In this document: positions 1 through 11,520 of the stretch, piece by piece
Layout of the letters: each line of letters opens with the position of its first letter
Position numbering within the stretch: the first letter of the stretch is position 1
NCBI GenBank assembly: GCA_030295235.1
Contig: AP026139.1
Span: forward strand, 1 to 64,000
Direction of reading: 5' to 3'
Length of the DNA stretch: 64,000 nucleotides
Source: Fistulifera solaris
Lineage: Eukaryota
Translations under genes and position numbers: made by a program
The notes under the pieces: generated by a model
Told to the model about the DNA's origin: nothing
Databases searched by the model: none
Seen by the model: the letters and a program-made list of their open reading frames with translations, nothing else

Positions 1-276
1 CTCCTAACCCTAACCCTAACCCTAACCCTCTAACCTCTAACCCTAACCCTAACCCTAACCCTAACCCCAACCCTAACCCTAACCCTAACCCTAACCCTAA
101 CCCTAACCCTAACCCCTAACCCTAACCCTAACCCTAACCCCAACCCTAACCCCTAACCCTAACCCTAACCCTAACCCTAACCCTAACCCTAACCCTAACC
201 CTAACCCTAACCCTAACCCTAGCCCTAGCCCTAACCCTAACCCTAACCCTAACCCTAACCCTAACCCTAACCCTAA
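1..276. repeat. Telomeric repeat array (CCCTAA)n, i.e. TTAGGG on the minus strand
   Basis: About 45 tandem CCCTAA units from the window start, with a few variants (CCTCTAA, CCCCAA, CCCTAG). Orientation fits a left chromosome end. Confidence 0.98.
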
Positions 277-859
277 GGAGAACCCTGTCCCTTGAAAAGC
301 AACGCACTCCTAGTTTGTCACGATGCCCCTGGACGCTGACATTTAAGGCCAAGCATGTTTTGGATGCACTGCAAGGAATCGCCTTCCATAATGATTAATG
401 ATGAATCAGTTGTCCACCTCACTACAACAAAGCTCTATGATCATACCCAGCAATTCTACAAAGAGGACACCATTCACATTGGTACAACATTGATCAAAGT
501 CTAACCCTTGATACAACATTGATCAAAGTCTGTGAAATGGATCCAAATGCACCAACTCAGAACTGCAAATGTCTTTGTTGCACAAAATAATTTTGATACT
601 TTGATTTGCATTTCCAATGAAATCTTCTTCTTTTCCTTATTTCCAACATTTCCTTCTATTCCATCTTCCTTTCTCCCTTGTTACTGATTCCTACTTCCTA
701 TTTACCTAGTTCTAAGTTCCTTTTCCAAGTTCCAAGTTCCATATCCCAATTTCCAAATTCCTAACCCTATCATGTCGCAAAGGGCGCCATGCTTTGACAA
801 TATGCGCGGGCTAAGATATAAATAAGAATATAGTTGATAAATAGTACAGATTATTGCTT

Positions 860-3478
860 TTACCCGTGAAGCGAAGTTGTTGCTTTGTTTACTTTCCCTG
901 CAACGGCTGCAACCGGTTTCTTAATTAAATCGATAACCTCTTGCTCTTCTGCAGTCAGCGAAAAGTCACCGTCGACAGATATCATGCATTCCTCATCCGG
1001 GAGATCCATCTTCGTTGAGACATGGTCGGAACAGGTAGCTTGCTGCTTTACCAAAATTGTGCACTTCCAAAGGATCACGACCACTACCATCGCCAAGAAG
1101 TTTTACACATTTCGACTTGACATCTAAAATGATCGGAAGGCCGTTCGGAATTTCAAGCTCAACAATCTTATCCTCCCGGTATATCGCGAAAGATGCATCA
1201 ATAAGCCCCGGATAGCATTCTCGCTGCTGGAAATTAATACACGCTTTCCTTGGTCAACTGCTTGCGGCACGATGCACTCCGTGAAAAAGGGAATTGTCCT
1301 GTCCATGCAATCTTTCAGCGATTCTGATTTGGGAAGTTTGCGAGCAAGTGTTGGTCTCCCCCTTCTCGATACTTCGGATGAGGGACTCTCGCACAGAATA
1401 GCGCAGATCCGACAGGTACTTCGAATACCGTGGGTCGTTACCAGGATAATGAGGAGAAAAAGAAGAGACCTTTGGCGGTGGAGTTTTATAACCTCGCCGC
1501 CATGCTTTGAACTGCGTTTCGCCGTGACGCTGCTTTACCATTTGTTTCGAAAGTCCGGTGAGCTCTCCATACATTCGCTCATTTAGGCGCCAAGTTTTGA
1601 TGATAGGGAGCCATAAACAATCCATTTCCGAAAGCACGTGCCATGCCGTTTCAATCGCTCGTGAAAGCCAGGAAGTATAAACAACATCAAATTCGAATCC
1701 GTACCTTTTCAGCAGCCGGCCAGCTTCTTTGGCTTCTTCAATTCCGTCTTGGGCCAGTCTATGTGGCAAATCATGAGTTCAGTCTGATCAACAAAAAGGA
1801 TACACAAGCTTAACACTTACGCGACATCGTCCCATCCCGTGAATAGTCCGAGCAAGTTGTGACCTGTCTTGCCGTGTCGAATAATAACAATAACTGGATC
1901 GCGTCGAACGGGTGTCTTTCCCATTCCGGGCACCAACACTTGGCTTGGCACCGAAGTCACGCACGGCTTACTCGAGATAACGTATGGAGAAACAGGCGAT
2001 TCATCGTTGTCATCACCGCCCTGCGAAAATTCCATACTTCCATCATCTTTGAAAGTGGGAAGGTCTGGGTCGAATTGGTCTCCGCGCTCTAATGCCTGCA
2101 ATCCGTCGGACCAGATTTGATCTTCAATAAACTGCATGGGCTTTCCGTTATTGCCGCCACTCCCATCGTCTTCCGGAGCTGCGTTCGGGTCGATAAACTG
2201 CCCAGCCCATTCGCCCAGCTCTCGCTCTGCACGCAACTTCAATAGACTTCGCTCGAGAGACGTTAAAGGTACCGACATTTGGCTTGAACTTAGCGCCAGT
2301 GTATTGTTGTATCCAGGGACTTGATTCGCCCACTCCTCTTCACGCTTGAGAGCTTCTTTGAGCAGTCCGGGTTTTTCTAGGAACAAGCCCTTCATGTGCA
2401 CTTGACTCACGGTTGACTTTTCGGCGGAAGGAGGTATGGGCTTCAAATCACGATCGAATTTGTAAATGATGGGAATGCCAGTCGGGATCGAAACCATTTG
2501 AATATCTTCATCTGAAATCCCATCAATTGTCTTTACCAATCCACGCAAGGTGTTTGCGTGTCCCACTACCATGACATTTCGCCCATGGCGCAATTCGTAC
2601 TTGATTTTATCTTCCCAGACAGGTGCTGTTCGCTCCATACAATCCAAAAGCGATTCGGTCATGGGAATTTGCTCCAGCGACAAATCCGCGTATTTCCGGT
2701 CACGACCGGGCCAAAATTCGTCATTGGGTGTCAGTGGAGGAGGTCGTGTACGTAAGGATCCTCGCCATTCCTGCACTAGGTCCGCACCCAACCGTTCCGC
2801 CGTCTCGAATTTACACAATCCAGTCAAGGCTCCGTACATTCGCTCATTCAATCGCCAAGTTTTGAAGACCGGCTTGTAAATTTGTTCCATTTCTTGTAGC
2901 ATGATCCATGACGACATAATGGCCCGTTTGAGGCGAGAAGTAAAGACAATATCAATTTCGTATCCACCTTCTAGTAATAAACGCGCCGCGTGTTCGACTT
3001 CCCGACGACCTCGCTCTGACAAACCCGGATCAGCCCACCCAGTAAACGTAGCATTCGCATTCCATAATGATTCTCCATGACGAACGAGTATTAGTGTTCC
3101 TGGCTCGACTCGTGGTTTTGGAAAGAGAACATTGTTGATGCTCTTTAGCACTGAAATCATTTTGGAAGATTCACTGCGCATCGAGTTGTATCCGTCATCA
3201 TCATCTAACTCCAAGGGCCGTCGACCGAACAACTTTCGTAGCAGTTTCCCTTTCTCTTGCAGACTATTCTGATAATTGCCTGACATTGACATTGAGTATC
3301 CATTGGAAATAGGCCGAGAAAGAGTATTGTTTGTATTGCTTCGACTTTCTGTGTCTGGCGAGGCTTGACGCGCAATAGCGACCGTTCGAGCGACCCCACA
3401 GGGTCTCTGAAAGGCCACAGTGCCATGCTTGCCCGTTGAGAGTAGCAATATACAGAGAATATTGATATAACACAACAT
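860..3478 (-). CDS. Cofactor-dependent phosphoglycerate mutase with two tandem dPGM domains, probably plastid-targeted
   Basis: Domain 1: LVRHGES..FTGW, WRLNERMYGALTG, GHANTLRG, IPTGIP. Domain 2: IIRHGKT..FTGWDD, WRLNERMYGELTG. A GT..AG intron at 1759-1820 joins GWDDVA to LAQDG in frame. Frameshifts near 1360, 1180 and 1000. Hydrophobic N-terminus ending VA-F. Confidence 0.9.
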
Positions 3479-3982
3479 TTTAAAACAAAAACAGTCTCTT
3501 ACGAGAGATTGTGTTCGAGCACAGATTTGCGAGAATACATGGTGAGAAAAAAAACGTCGTGGACGTCGGCTTCCTCAAAACTCAAAACGCGACGAAGACG
3601 ATCGTTGCTTACGTCACATGTAAGAAATCGCACAGAAGATCCAGAAACGCATTTATAAACGTTCTAGCTAGAGTACTTTGCACCAGGTACCGGTACCGGT
3701 ACCTGGTACACATTATACCGCAACCGTCGCCAGATGGTCGGTTCATAGTCGGTTCATCCGTGCGACATTCGCCGCTTGACACCTTTTGATTGTCACACGT
3801 CACGTCACACGAAAGGGGAACGACAGTCACGAGTCACGAATCATCATCATCTCGAAAACCCATCATCACTTCCGCAACAACGCTTTCTCACCTAGACTTT
3901 TTAGTACCTGGTACAACATCACATCACTCTGTACTCCTATTTTCCGTCAAACTCATTCTTTGCCATACTTTAGTATAAAAGA

Positions 3983-6471
3983 ATGAAAAGGGATTGTTAT
4001 TCGTGTTTTCTTTTCATGCTTCTCTGGCAACCGCACGTCAACGGATGGACCATGCCGTCGACGACCTTCGTTTCCAGTGCTTCGCAGCAACAACATTCCT
4101 TATGCGTATCTTCGCAGAAAGATTCCAGCACTGTCACCGGCAACAACAATAGTACACAAGAGAGCACGGCTGTGGAAACTCTGGATGATTGGGAATCGGT
4201 TGCGTCGGGTTCTTTCGGTAATTTGCTATTGCAAATGCAAAGGAGAGGTGATTTTCAACGTGATGTGGTGGATCTGGATCGTCCTGCTTTGAAAACGAAC
4301 GACACGACAAAGAAGGATGCATTACCGGAATCCGATTATGCGGAAGAAATACCTGTGCTGGACTGGGAGACTGCGAAAGAACTGGATGGATCAGTGAAAT
4401 GGCTTGATGGCACGGAGCAAACGCAGACACCGATCCAAGTGTTACCGATGAGTTCGCTCTATCGAAGTCATTACAAGACAGCCAAAGACATCCCGCTTTC
4501 CATCGCTGTTACTACTTCAGAAGCCGAGGATCCCTTTGGAGGACGTTTAAGTCGTGATATGCGTTTCCTTGCACTGAATATTTTAGCTAGTACCGAAACA
4601 GTCGAGCAATGGAAATTACTGGCTCGTGAAACTGACGGTATTTTTCCTCTACTCGAAATCATACGTCATGGAGCGGCTGCCATTCAAAGAGAATCGTCAG
4701 AACAAGCTGATTCGCCCACTGCATACACCTTGGAAAGTACGGAACAAGCGTATCGAGCAGCTTGCAGTGCGTGTCGTGTCATTCGAGACTTGTCGGCATT
4801 GTCGCCCGACCTTGCAGCTGTGATTACGGATACCATTTTGCGTGCCAACGCCGCTTGGAAAGGTGGTCTCATGAGAGACTTTTCCGATATATTGCAGCAT
4901 GCCAATGAATATACGGATAATACGTTTCGAAGAAATCAACGCGAGATCCGGCTGCGATCCAAGCTCTATGTTTGTCAACTTCTGCTGGCCATGGTAGTAT
5001 CTAGTGACAGCGCTATTGATGCGATACGATCTACAAATGGTCTTGCGGATGCCGTCCTGGGATGTTCTTCATACGCTCGTAAAGAGAAGGCTAAACGCTG
5101 GGTTCGTTATCCTGGTGAAATGGCAAAATGGTTGTGGCAGCGAAAAGCACGCGGGCGTCGGGCATTGCGCAGACCTTTCCTAGAGGCAGCAACTCTTGGT
5201 AATGACTTGAATGCAAACGTGAAACGAATAGCCAATCAAATTTTAGCGGCTATCGGCTACAACCAGTGGACTCCAAAGACACCGGGTCAACGCGGGCTTC
5301 GAATTCTTTCTTTGGATGGTGGTGGATCACGTGGGATGGTTGCGGTCACTGCGGTCCGGGATCTTATGGAAAAGATTGGAAACGGTGCAGAGGTCGCCGA
5401 TTGTTTCGATATAGTGGCCGGCACATCCACAGGTGGAATAATTGCGTTTCTCACCGCTATTCGACAAGAAACGTGTGCCGAGGCGGTGGAACGCTACAAT
5501 CAACTCATCAAACAAATCTTCGTCAAATCGGCGCTGAGTACTCCACTAATGTTTTTCACTACAGCGAGTTACGATGAAGCTCATTTTATGAAAGTTCTTA
5601 CCGATATTCTTCGAGATGAGATAATGTTGGATTCACGAGCCGATCCCACTGTCCCCTTGGTGTTCTGCGTCACGTCCAAAATGTCCTCTACGCCGACGCA
5701 TGTGTCGTTGATGAGAAATTATAATTACGCGAATGGAGAATTGGCTGACTCTTTGTTATCAATCCTGACAAAGCAAGAGAAGAGCTGGGACTCGGTTTAG
5801 AGTTGGAAAACCCGATAATTCGAAACGCCGTTTATGCGCGTAAACGCTTGTCTCCCAAAGCGCCCGGAACAGACACGACTACTGGCTCGCGATATCCCGG
5901 ATCTTTTCGTGTCCTACAACGTTTCGCGTTACGGGCATCGACTGCCGCACCGACGGTCTTCAAGCCGGTCATGATGGGAGGTGAAATATACGCGGACGGT
6001 GGAATCGTATCGAGCAATCCTAGCGCAGTGGCAATCCATGAGGCCAGAACACTGTTCCCTGATATTCCGATTGAGCTTCTAGTGAGCGTCGGAACTGGCG
6101 CTTTTGTGGAACAGAAAAGTGCTCCTCGTATCGGCTGGGACGGGATAATAGGTCAAATTGTCAATAGCGCGTGTGATGGGGAGCAAACGCATCATATACT
6201 AGAAGATATTTTGGGCAATCCAGCAGCCGTCAGCTTAGGAAGTAAAACGTCGTCTATGACGCGGTATTTTCGACTAAACCCGGTGCTTGGTTTACCCGAT
6301 GAATTTCCAATTGACGTTACAGACCCAATCAAACTTGAAAAACTCAAACGCATAACGCTGGATTACATGGACCAAGAAGAAAAACAGGTAGAAGAAATTC
6401 GCCGTATACTGGGTGGAGAACGGAAACGACGACGAGGGTTTCTGCGGAGGCTCTTGCGAAAACGACAGTAG
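3983..6471 (+). CDS. Patatin-like phospholipase (iPLA2-gamma/PNPLA8-like) with an N-terminal helical region
   Basis: Motifs LSLDGGGSRG, GTSTG (nucleophile), RASTAAP and DGG. ORFs 3983-5800 and 5803-6471 join via a 1-bp frameshift near 5752. Confidence 0.92.
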
Positions 6472-6528
6472 CTCCCTTACCCCAGCCGTTCTTCATAATA
6501 GTCCAAATGTCAAAATACATGGAAACTT

Positions 6529-8881
6529 TTAGTTGTCGCATAATTCCGGGAATTGCAAATGCCGTTGAACATCGGCTGCATAGCGACGACAAGCAGAAAC
6601 ATCAGCAGTTATTGGAACCACCATTGTCAGTGATAACGATCTCCCGTCCTTCTCAACAACAGCCACGATGGTAACTTCGGGACGAGCCGACACTACGGCA
6701 TCAACTGTAACGAGACTTGTATCATGGGACGCAACTACCAAGCATTGACCAAGTCTCGAATAGTGCGTAGAGAAATAACCTCGATCTCTGTCGTTCTCAG
6801 CTTCGGAGAGTTCGTCTGCAATACTTTGTACAGAGCGCTCTTGTACATTTTCCAAATTGATAACGCTTCCACCATTTTCAGAGACTGAAACAGTAATGGG
6901 TTCCGATGAAATGTCTACGGCCGTATCAATCATCAGCCAGGGTATGTAATGATGTCTCACGCATAGTTGCTTTTCTTTCGTTAAAGCCTTATAATTGCGG
7001 ATATTACGAGATGCACGTGCGTAATATCCTGATGAAAAAGACGTCGCTCTTCATTGTCTTCTTTCGAATTAGTCAAATAGCGACGAATCCCCTTAGCTGG
7101 AACCGATATTCGGCACGTAACAGTAGATGTCAAAGGCGGTTCCAACCCGAGACCACGCGAAAGAACGGGTCCTTGTACCAACTGCAAACAAACGGTCTGG
7201 CGTATTGCAAAAAGACCCCGAGACAAAAGCACCAAAAGGCTAGATTGTCTCGATGGACAAAAGACAACGATAAGTAAATCAAAAGAGGCAAGAAAAGTAT
7301 CAGTGCTTCGGCTTGAAATGCTGAAGGTGGACTGAAAACTTCTTTTGACGCTGATTTCTCGCTCAAGTCACTTAAAGACGTAACATCCGGCGACTCCGGA
7401 ACAGGGGGGAACGAAATCGAGATGTCGTCGTGTGCCGATATCCGCAATTCCCAAAATAGGACCGATGATCATGTCACGAATGGATTCGTTCGATAGTACT
7501 GTAGTCGCACTAGGTACTTTTGTTTGTTCAAAGTACTTCAGTAGTAGCTCTGGCATCGCAGATTGCTGCATAAGGACGACATTCGATAGGCTTTGGCTAA
7601 TACCGCCCATCAAGTCAAACGATGCAATACGTGTCCATCGACTCCCTACACCTATTGCCTCAATAATTCCAAAATTAATGATCAACTTTGCCCGAACGGC
7701 TTTCGAGGTAGATTCAGGAGCAGCTTCCTCTGCCTCGGGACACGAAAAACTATACGCAACAATGGCTGGAGCGGACTTCCATTGAACAACTTGCCAATGC
7801 ACCACCACGGCGAACTCCCGAGACGCCACCGGCCAAACACCCCGAAACTGGTAGACATCCAAAAATGTATGAGGATTGTAAACATGCAATCTTTTTGCGT
7901 CGGAAAGAGTGGGTTCCATGCGCTTACGACGTGATGGATCAATCGATGTAGAAAACAGTTGTGCTGGCGTAATGTTGCGAAATTCCGCAACCGTATAAAT
8001 CATACCGTGACCATCCGGATGGGTTCGAGATAGCGTTTTATAAGAATGGCCACCTTCTAATCGTTTTTTTGGGTGCAGAATCGTCCAGTTGCTAGTCTTG
8101 TCTTGCGCCGCTACCGAGAGATATTTCTCCATAGTTTGGCGTAAACGATTCGTGAGCGCTTCTGGTACATTCAGCGAGTACGGTCCTTCCTGCAGGACGT
8201 CGTTCCAATTAGTAATACGTCCACTTCCCGACCGTGGTGTTGCTCTATCCAAGCGAGATGGAGTACATACTTCTTGAGGAGGAGTCCGAGGTGAGCTCCT
8301 TGGCAGTGGTAAAGTTTGCCCACGCCTCGCAGCTATAATCCGTTGCATCCAGTCGCTTCTCGCAGCGTCGCTTCGTGTGGCTAAATAAAACTTTTCATTA
8401 TTTGATGAAACGACCGTGAACATGAAGAGATCATTCTTCGCCGGAATCCCATTTTTGGAAACTGTGCAATTCTCGAGCGACAAAGACCCCCGAGGTAAAA
8501 TATCGTAATCTAAGCTCTGCTCGGACGCCAAGCTATCAACTGATATTGTGCGACTCCTCGGTGATATATTTGAGGAAGGTGAACGTTGTAAAGATGTGGG
8601 TGTTGCGTTTGCGGGACGACTTTGCGAGGTCAAGAGATAATACGTCAAAGCTTTTCCTCCGGCTGTATTACAAACCAACGCGGTCGCCAATTTTGCTTGA
8701 ATACATCGCGGCGCTTCCAAAGCTCTCCTTGAAAGTGCTGATTCATTCCCGACATGTCACTGTTGATTTCTGCTGATGAATCTCTTTCTTCGTCTCCTTC
8801 AAACGATTCTTCTAATTCGAACACGTCTCTATGCTTTCGCTCCTCTGTCGGACACTTTATCCAGCCAAAAGTAACAGCCAT
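6529..8881 (-). CDS. PH domain + START domain protein with a hydrophobic hairpin and a degenerate 2-oxoacid dehydrogenase acyltransferase-like C-terminus
   Basis: PH: QGELWKRRDVFKQNWRPRWFVI...FYLATRSDAARSDWMQRI. START: YQFRGVWPVASREFAVVVHW...DLMGGISQSLSN. Five overlapping minus-strand ORFs chain by frameshifts. Start codon uncertain. Confidence 0.75.
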
Positions 8882-9444
8882 GAAGGCTAATGCGGGAATT
8901 ATTAAACACAGCTTTTAAACTTTGAATGAAACAATAATGTTGTAGAAAGGCTATAATCTGTAGTCGATTGAAAGCATCGTCACATTACACTTTTTGTTGC
9001 TGTTCATGGTGAGAGGTTGATAATGTGTCTCCGTCTTTGTTCGCTGTTTGTCGCCACGATTGGCGAGAGGGTCGTCCAGTGCGTGTCATAAAGGTTCTTG
9101 AAGTGTTTTTCTTCATAAGCATCAAAAAATTGGCCAAATAATAAGGAATGAGGACAGAGAGGACGGACTACAAGTAAGTACAAGTACTTGCACAAAGCAC
9201 TCACTCATTACTTTTGATCCAGTCGAGGTTAAAGTTCCAAACCACTAAAAATCTATCACTGACTTTCGAAGACCCACAAAGCGTTTCCGAAGTAAACAAT
9301 CATACATTAAACATAATAATTTTCACTAGTCAATCCCACCTATTTTCATGCATCATCGATTGAAAACTATGTAACTACGTAAAAGATCCTAATTAACAAC
9401 TACGATTACTTGCTTTGAGAATCTCGCCCGACTCCTGAAATTTA

Positions 9445-10665
9445 TCACTTTTTTTCCTCGCCTATTACTTGACAGTACATCCTAATTTGCTGTTTCCGCT
9501 CGGCGTTAACCTGAGACTCATCAATAGCGTACATGCCGTATTTGTTTCCACATCGTTCTCGGATAACCTTATTGGGCACAGAATTGCTTGCTTTCCGGTC
9601 CTCAATGTGGGAGGCCAACCAACAAGAACATGCATCGACTTGACAGTTGATTCCGTTCTGCGTACAAGGACAATCGTGGGTACAGCATGGCTCTTCCCTT
9701 ACAATCGAGTGTAAGAGTAGCTCCAACTCTTCTCGATTTTTATTTTCCACGGGCAATTTGTGGCGTTTGCGCAATTCCTCAATGACCTTGTGCACCGACA
9801 GACGACGACTATGAGCTTTCTTACCGCCGCCACCCGGGGGCGGTATGTAAACATGCAATTTGCGACATGTACATCCGGTATGACCCTCCATGGAGCGACT
9901 TGCCCGAAGATTTTCCAATTCATTACGAACATGCAAAACATCAACTTGAGGAAAATCATCCGAGTACTCCTCTGTAACGGATTTCGAGCGTGTTCGGCGG
10001 TTATGAACATGCGCATTCGAGGAATGGTGGACCTCATGCTCGCCAGAGGCCAGAAGTACTTTCATTCGACTGTGCTCGGAGAGAGGTCGAAACAAAAGAT
10101 TGCTGACTCCACGTTTGTAGTCGAGGGGCCTTGTTTCCAGCGTCTCGGGAAATTTATTGTAACAATCCGGATAGCATTCCTTCCAACGATGCTGCAGTTT
10201 TTCAGCCTTGGCATTTTCGTGGTCTTCAATCTTCAAAGTGTGCGAGAGGCAAGCCTTCATCTCCATACCCAAAGGCCACCCACCGTCGCCAGGTATACCT
10301 TCGCCTAGACAACGTTTAAATTCTCGTATAATAACCTTATCGAACGTAACGCTTTTTTTTCGAACATGCTGGTTTGTTTGTGACTGTTGAGGAAGATGCC
10401 ACGTGCTTGTTTTTTCTTCTTATTCTTCTTTTGCGCTTATTCTTCTGCTTTCGTCTTGACTTGCTCGATTCTTGTTCTTCGAGTTTCGTAGCTGATGAAC
10501 CTGTAGAAGAGACGTACTCGGAGCTTTTTCTTCTCCCTTTGACAGAAGGTAATTAATGACATGAGGAGGCGAGGGAGACGAGTCGTCGGTCGAGGAAGAA
10601 GAAGCGGTTGACGAATCGTCATCAAACGTCCAAAGATAAGATTTCGAGGGCGGAGGCGGAGCCAT
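9445..10665 (-). CDS. Cysteine/serine-rich nuclear protein (CSRNP_N-like domain)
   Basis: VTFDKVIIREFKRCLG..PGDGGWPLGM, ELENLRASRS..GCTCR and CPCTQNGINCQVD..CSC..CGN resemble CSRNP_N. Frameshift(s) in the Ser/Lys-rich N-terminus. Confidence 0.7.
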
Positions 10666-10812
10666 ACGGCGTGGTCGCTGTTAATATTAATCGATGGGCT
10701 ACCCTTGCAGGATGACAATAAACAAAATAGAAAAGGATATCTTCTCAGAAATGGCAGAAAAGAAGGTGTCGAAAACTCGTCCGCCAACGTGTGCCGCCCT
10801 ACCAGGTAATGA

Positions 10813-11015
10813 GGGCCATTTCTAACCGGAAGTTTCGTATTTCGTATTTTCGTATTTCGCGTGCTCACCACACTTGCCCAATTTGCCTAAACGGGAGAGA
10901 AATGAAAAGTACTACGTAGAGAAGTTATCGTCTGTCACTTTCTCCGTAAAACCTTTGATACGAACGCAAAATAATGCGAAAATACGAATACGAAACTTCC
11001 GGTTAGAAATGGCCC
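10813..11015. mobile_element. MITE, 203 bp, PIF/Harbinger (Tourist)-like
   Basis: Terminal inverted repeats GGGCCATTTCTAACCGGAAGTTTCGTAT are perfect for 28 bp and extend to ~44 bp with one indel and one mismatch. TGA is present on both flanks (10810-10812, 11016-11018). No coding capacity. Confidence 0.85.
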
Positions 11016-11307
11016 TGAGTACATTTAGTCATGAGCCTAAAGAAATATTTGCGTTATTTGTTATTATTTCTTCTCATTTTCGCAGAGAACTGACGACTCA
11101 CTTAATTATGTTTAGTCCCGGTTATTATTCTATACCGCACTGCCGTACTGACGCCTGGTAATGATCTAGGTCTAGAGCACTCGCAAATGCTTTGAAATAA
11201 TTGCGATTGATCATTATTGCTTGAACATAATTCTTGTTTAATGATGCTGATGATCCAATTAGCTTTTAGTAGTGGGTTACGCTGAGGGCGATCAATTCCC
11301 ACGATCG

Positions 11308-11329
11308 CCCCCCCCCCCCCCCCCCCCCC
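11308..11329. repeat. Poly(C) tract, 22 nt
   Basis: Uninterrupted C run about 190 bp upstream of the ATG at 11521. Confidence 0.9.
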
Positions 11330-11520
11330 GTGTTCAAGTTTTCGTACGGGTAACCTTACTACATTTTTACGTAAAAGTGCGTTTATTTTTCCAGTTCCAG
11401 TGGACGGCGTCGCTCGTCAATAACGATAACATGCGAATGCAAATGTTAGTTGATTCTTGTCGTTCTTTGCTGCATTTTCGACTATATTGTATCGTTGAAT
11501 AGAAGAATTTGAATTGTAGA

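Noticed and set aside
146..352. ORF encoding poly(RV)
   Set aside because: It is only the translation of the telomeric TTAGGG array.
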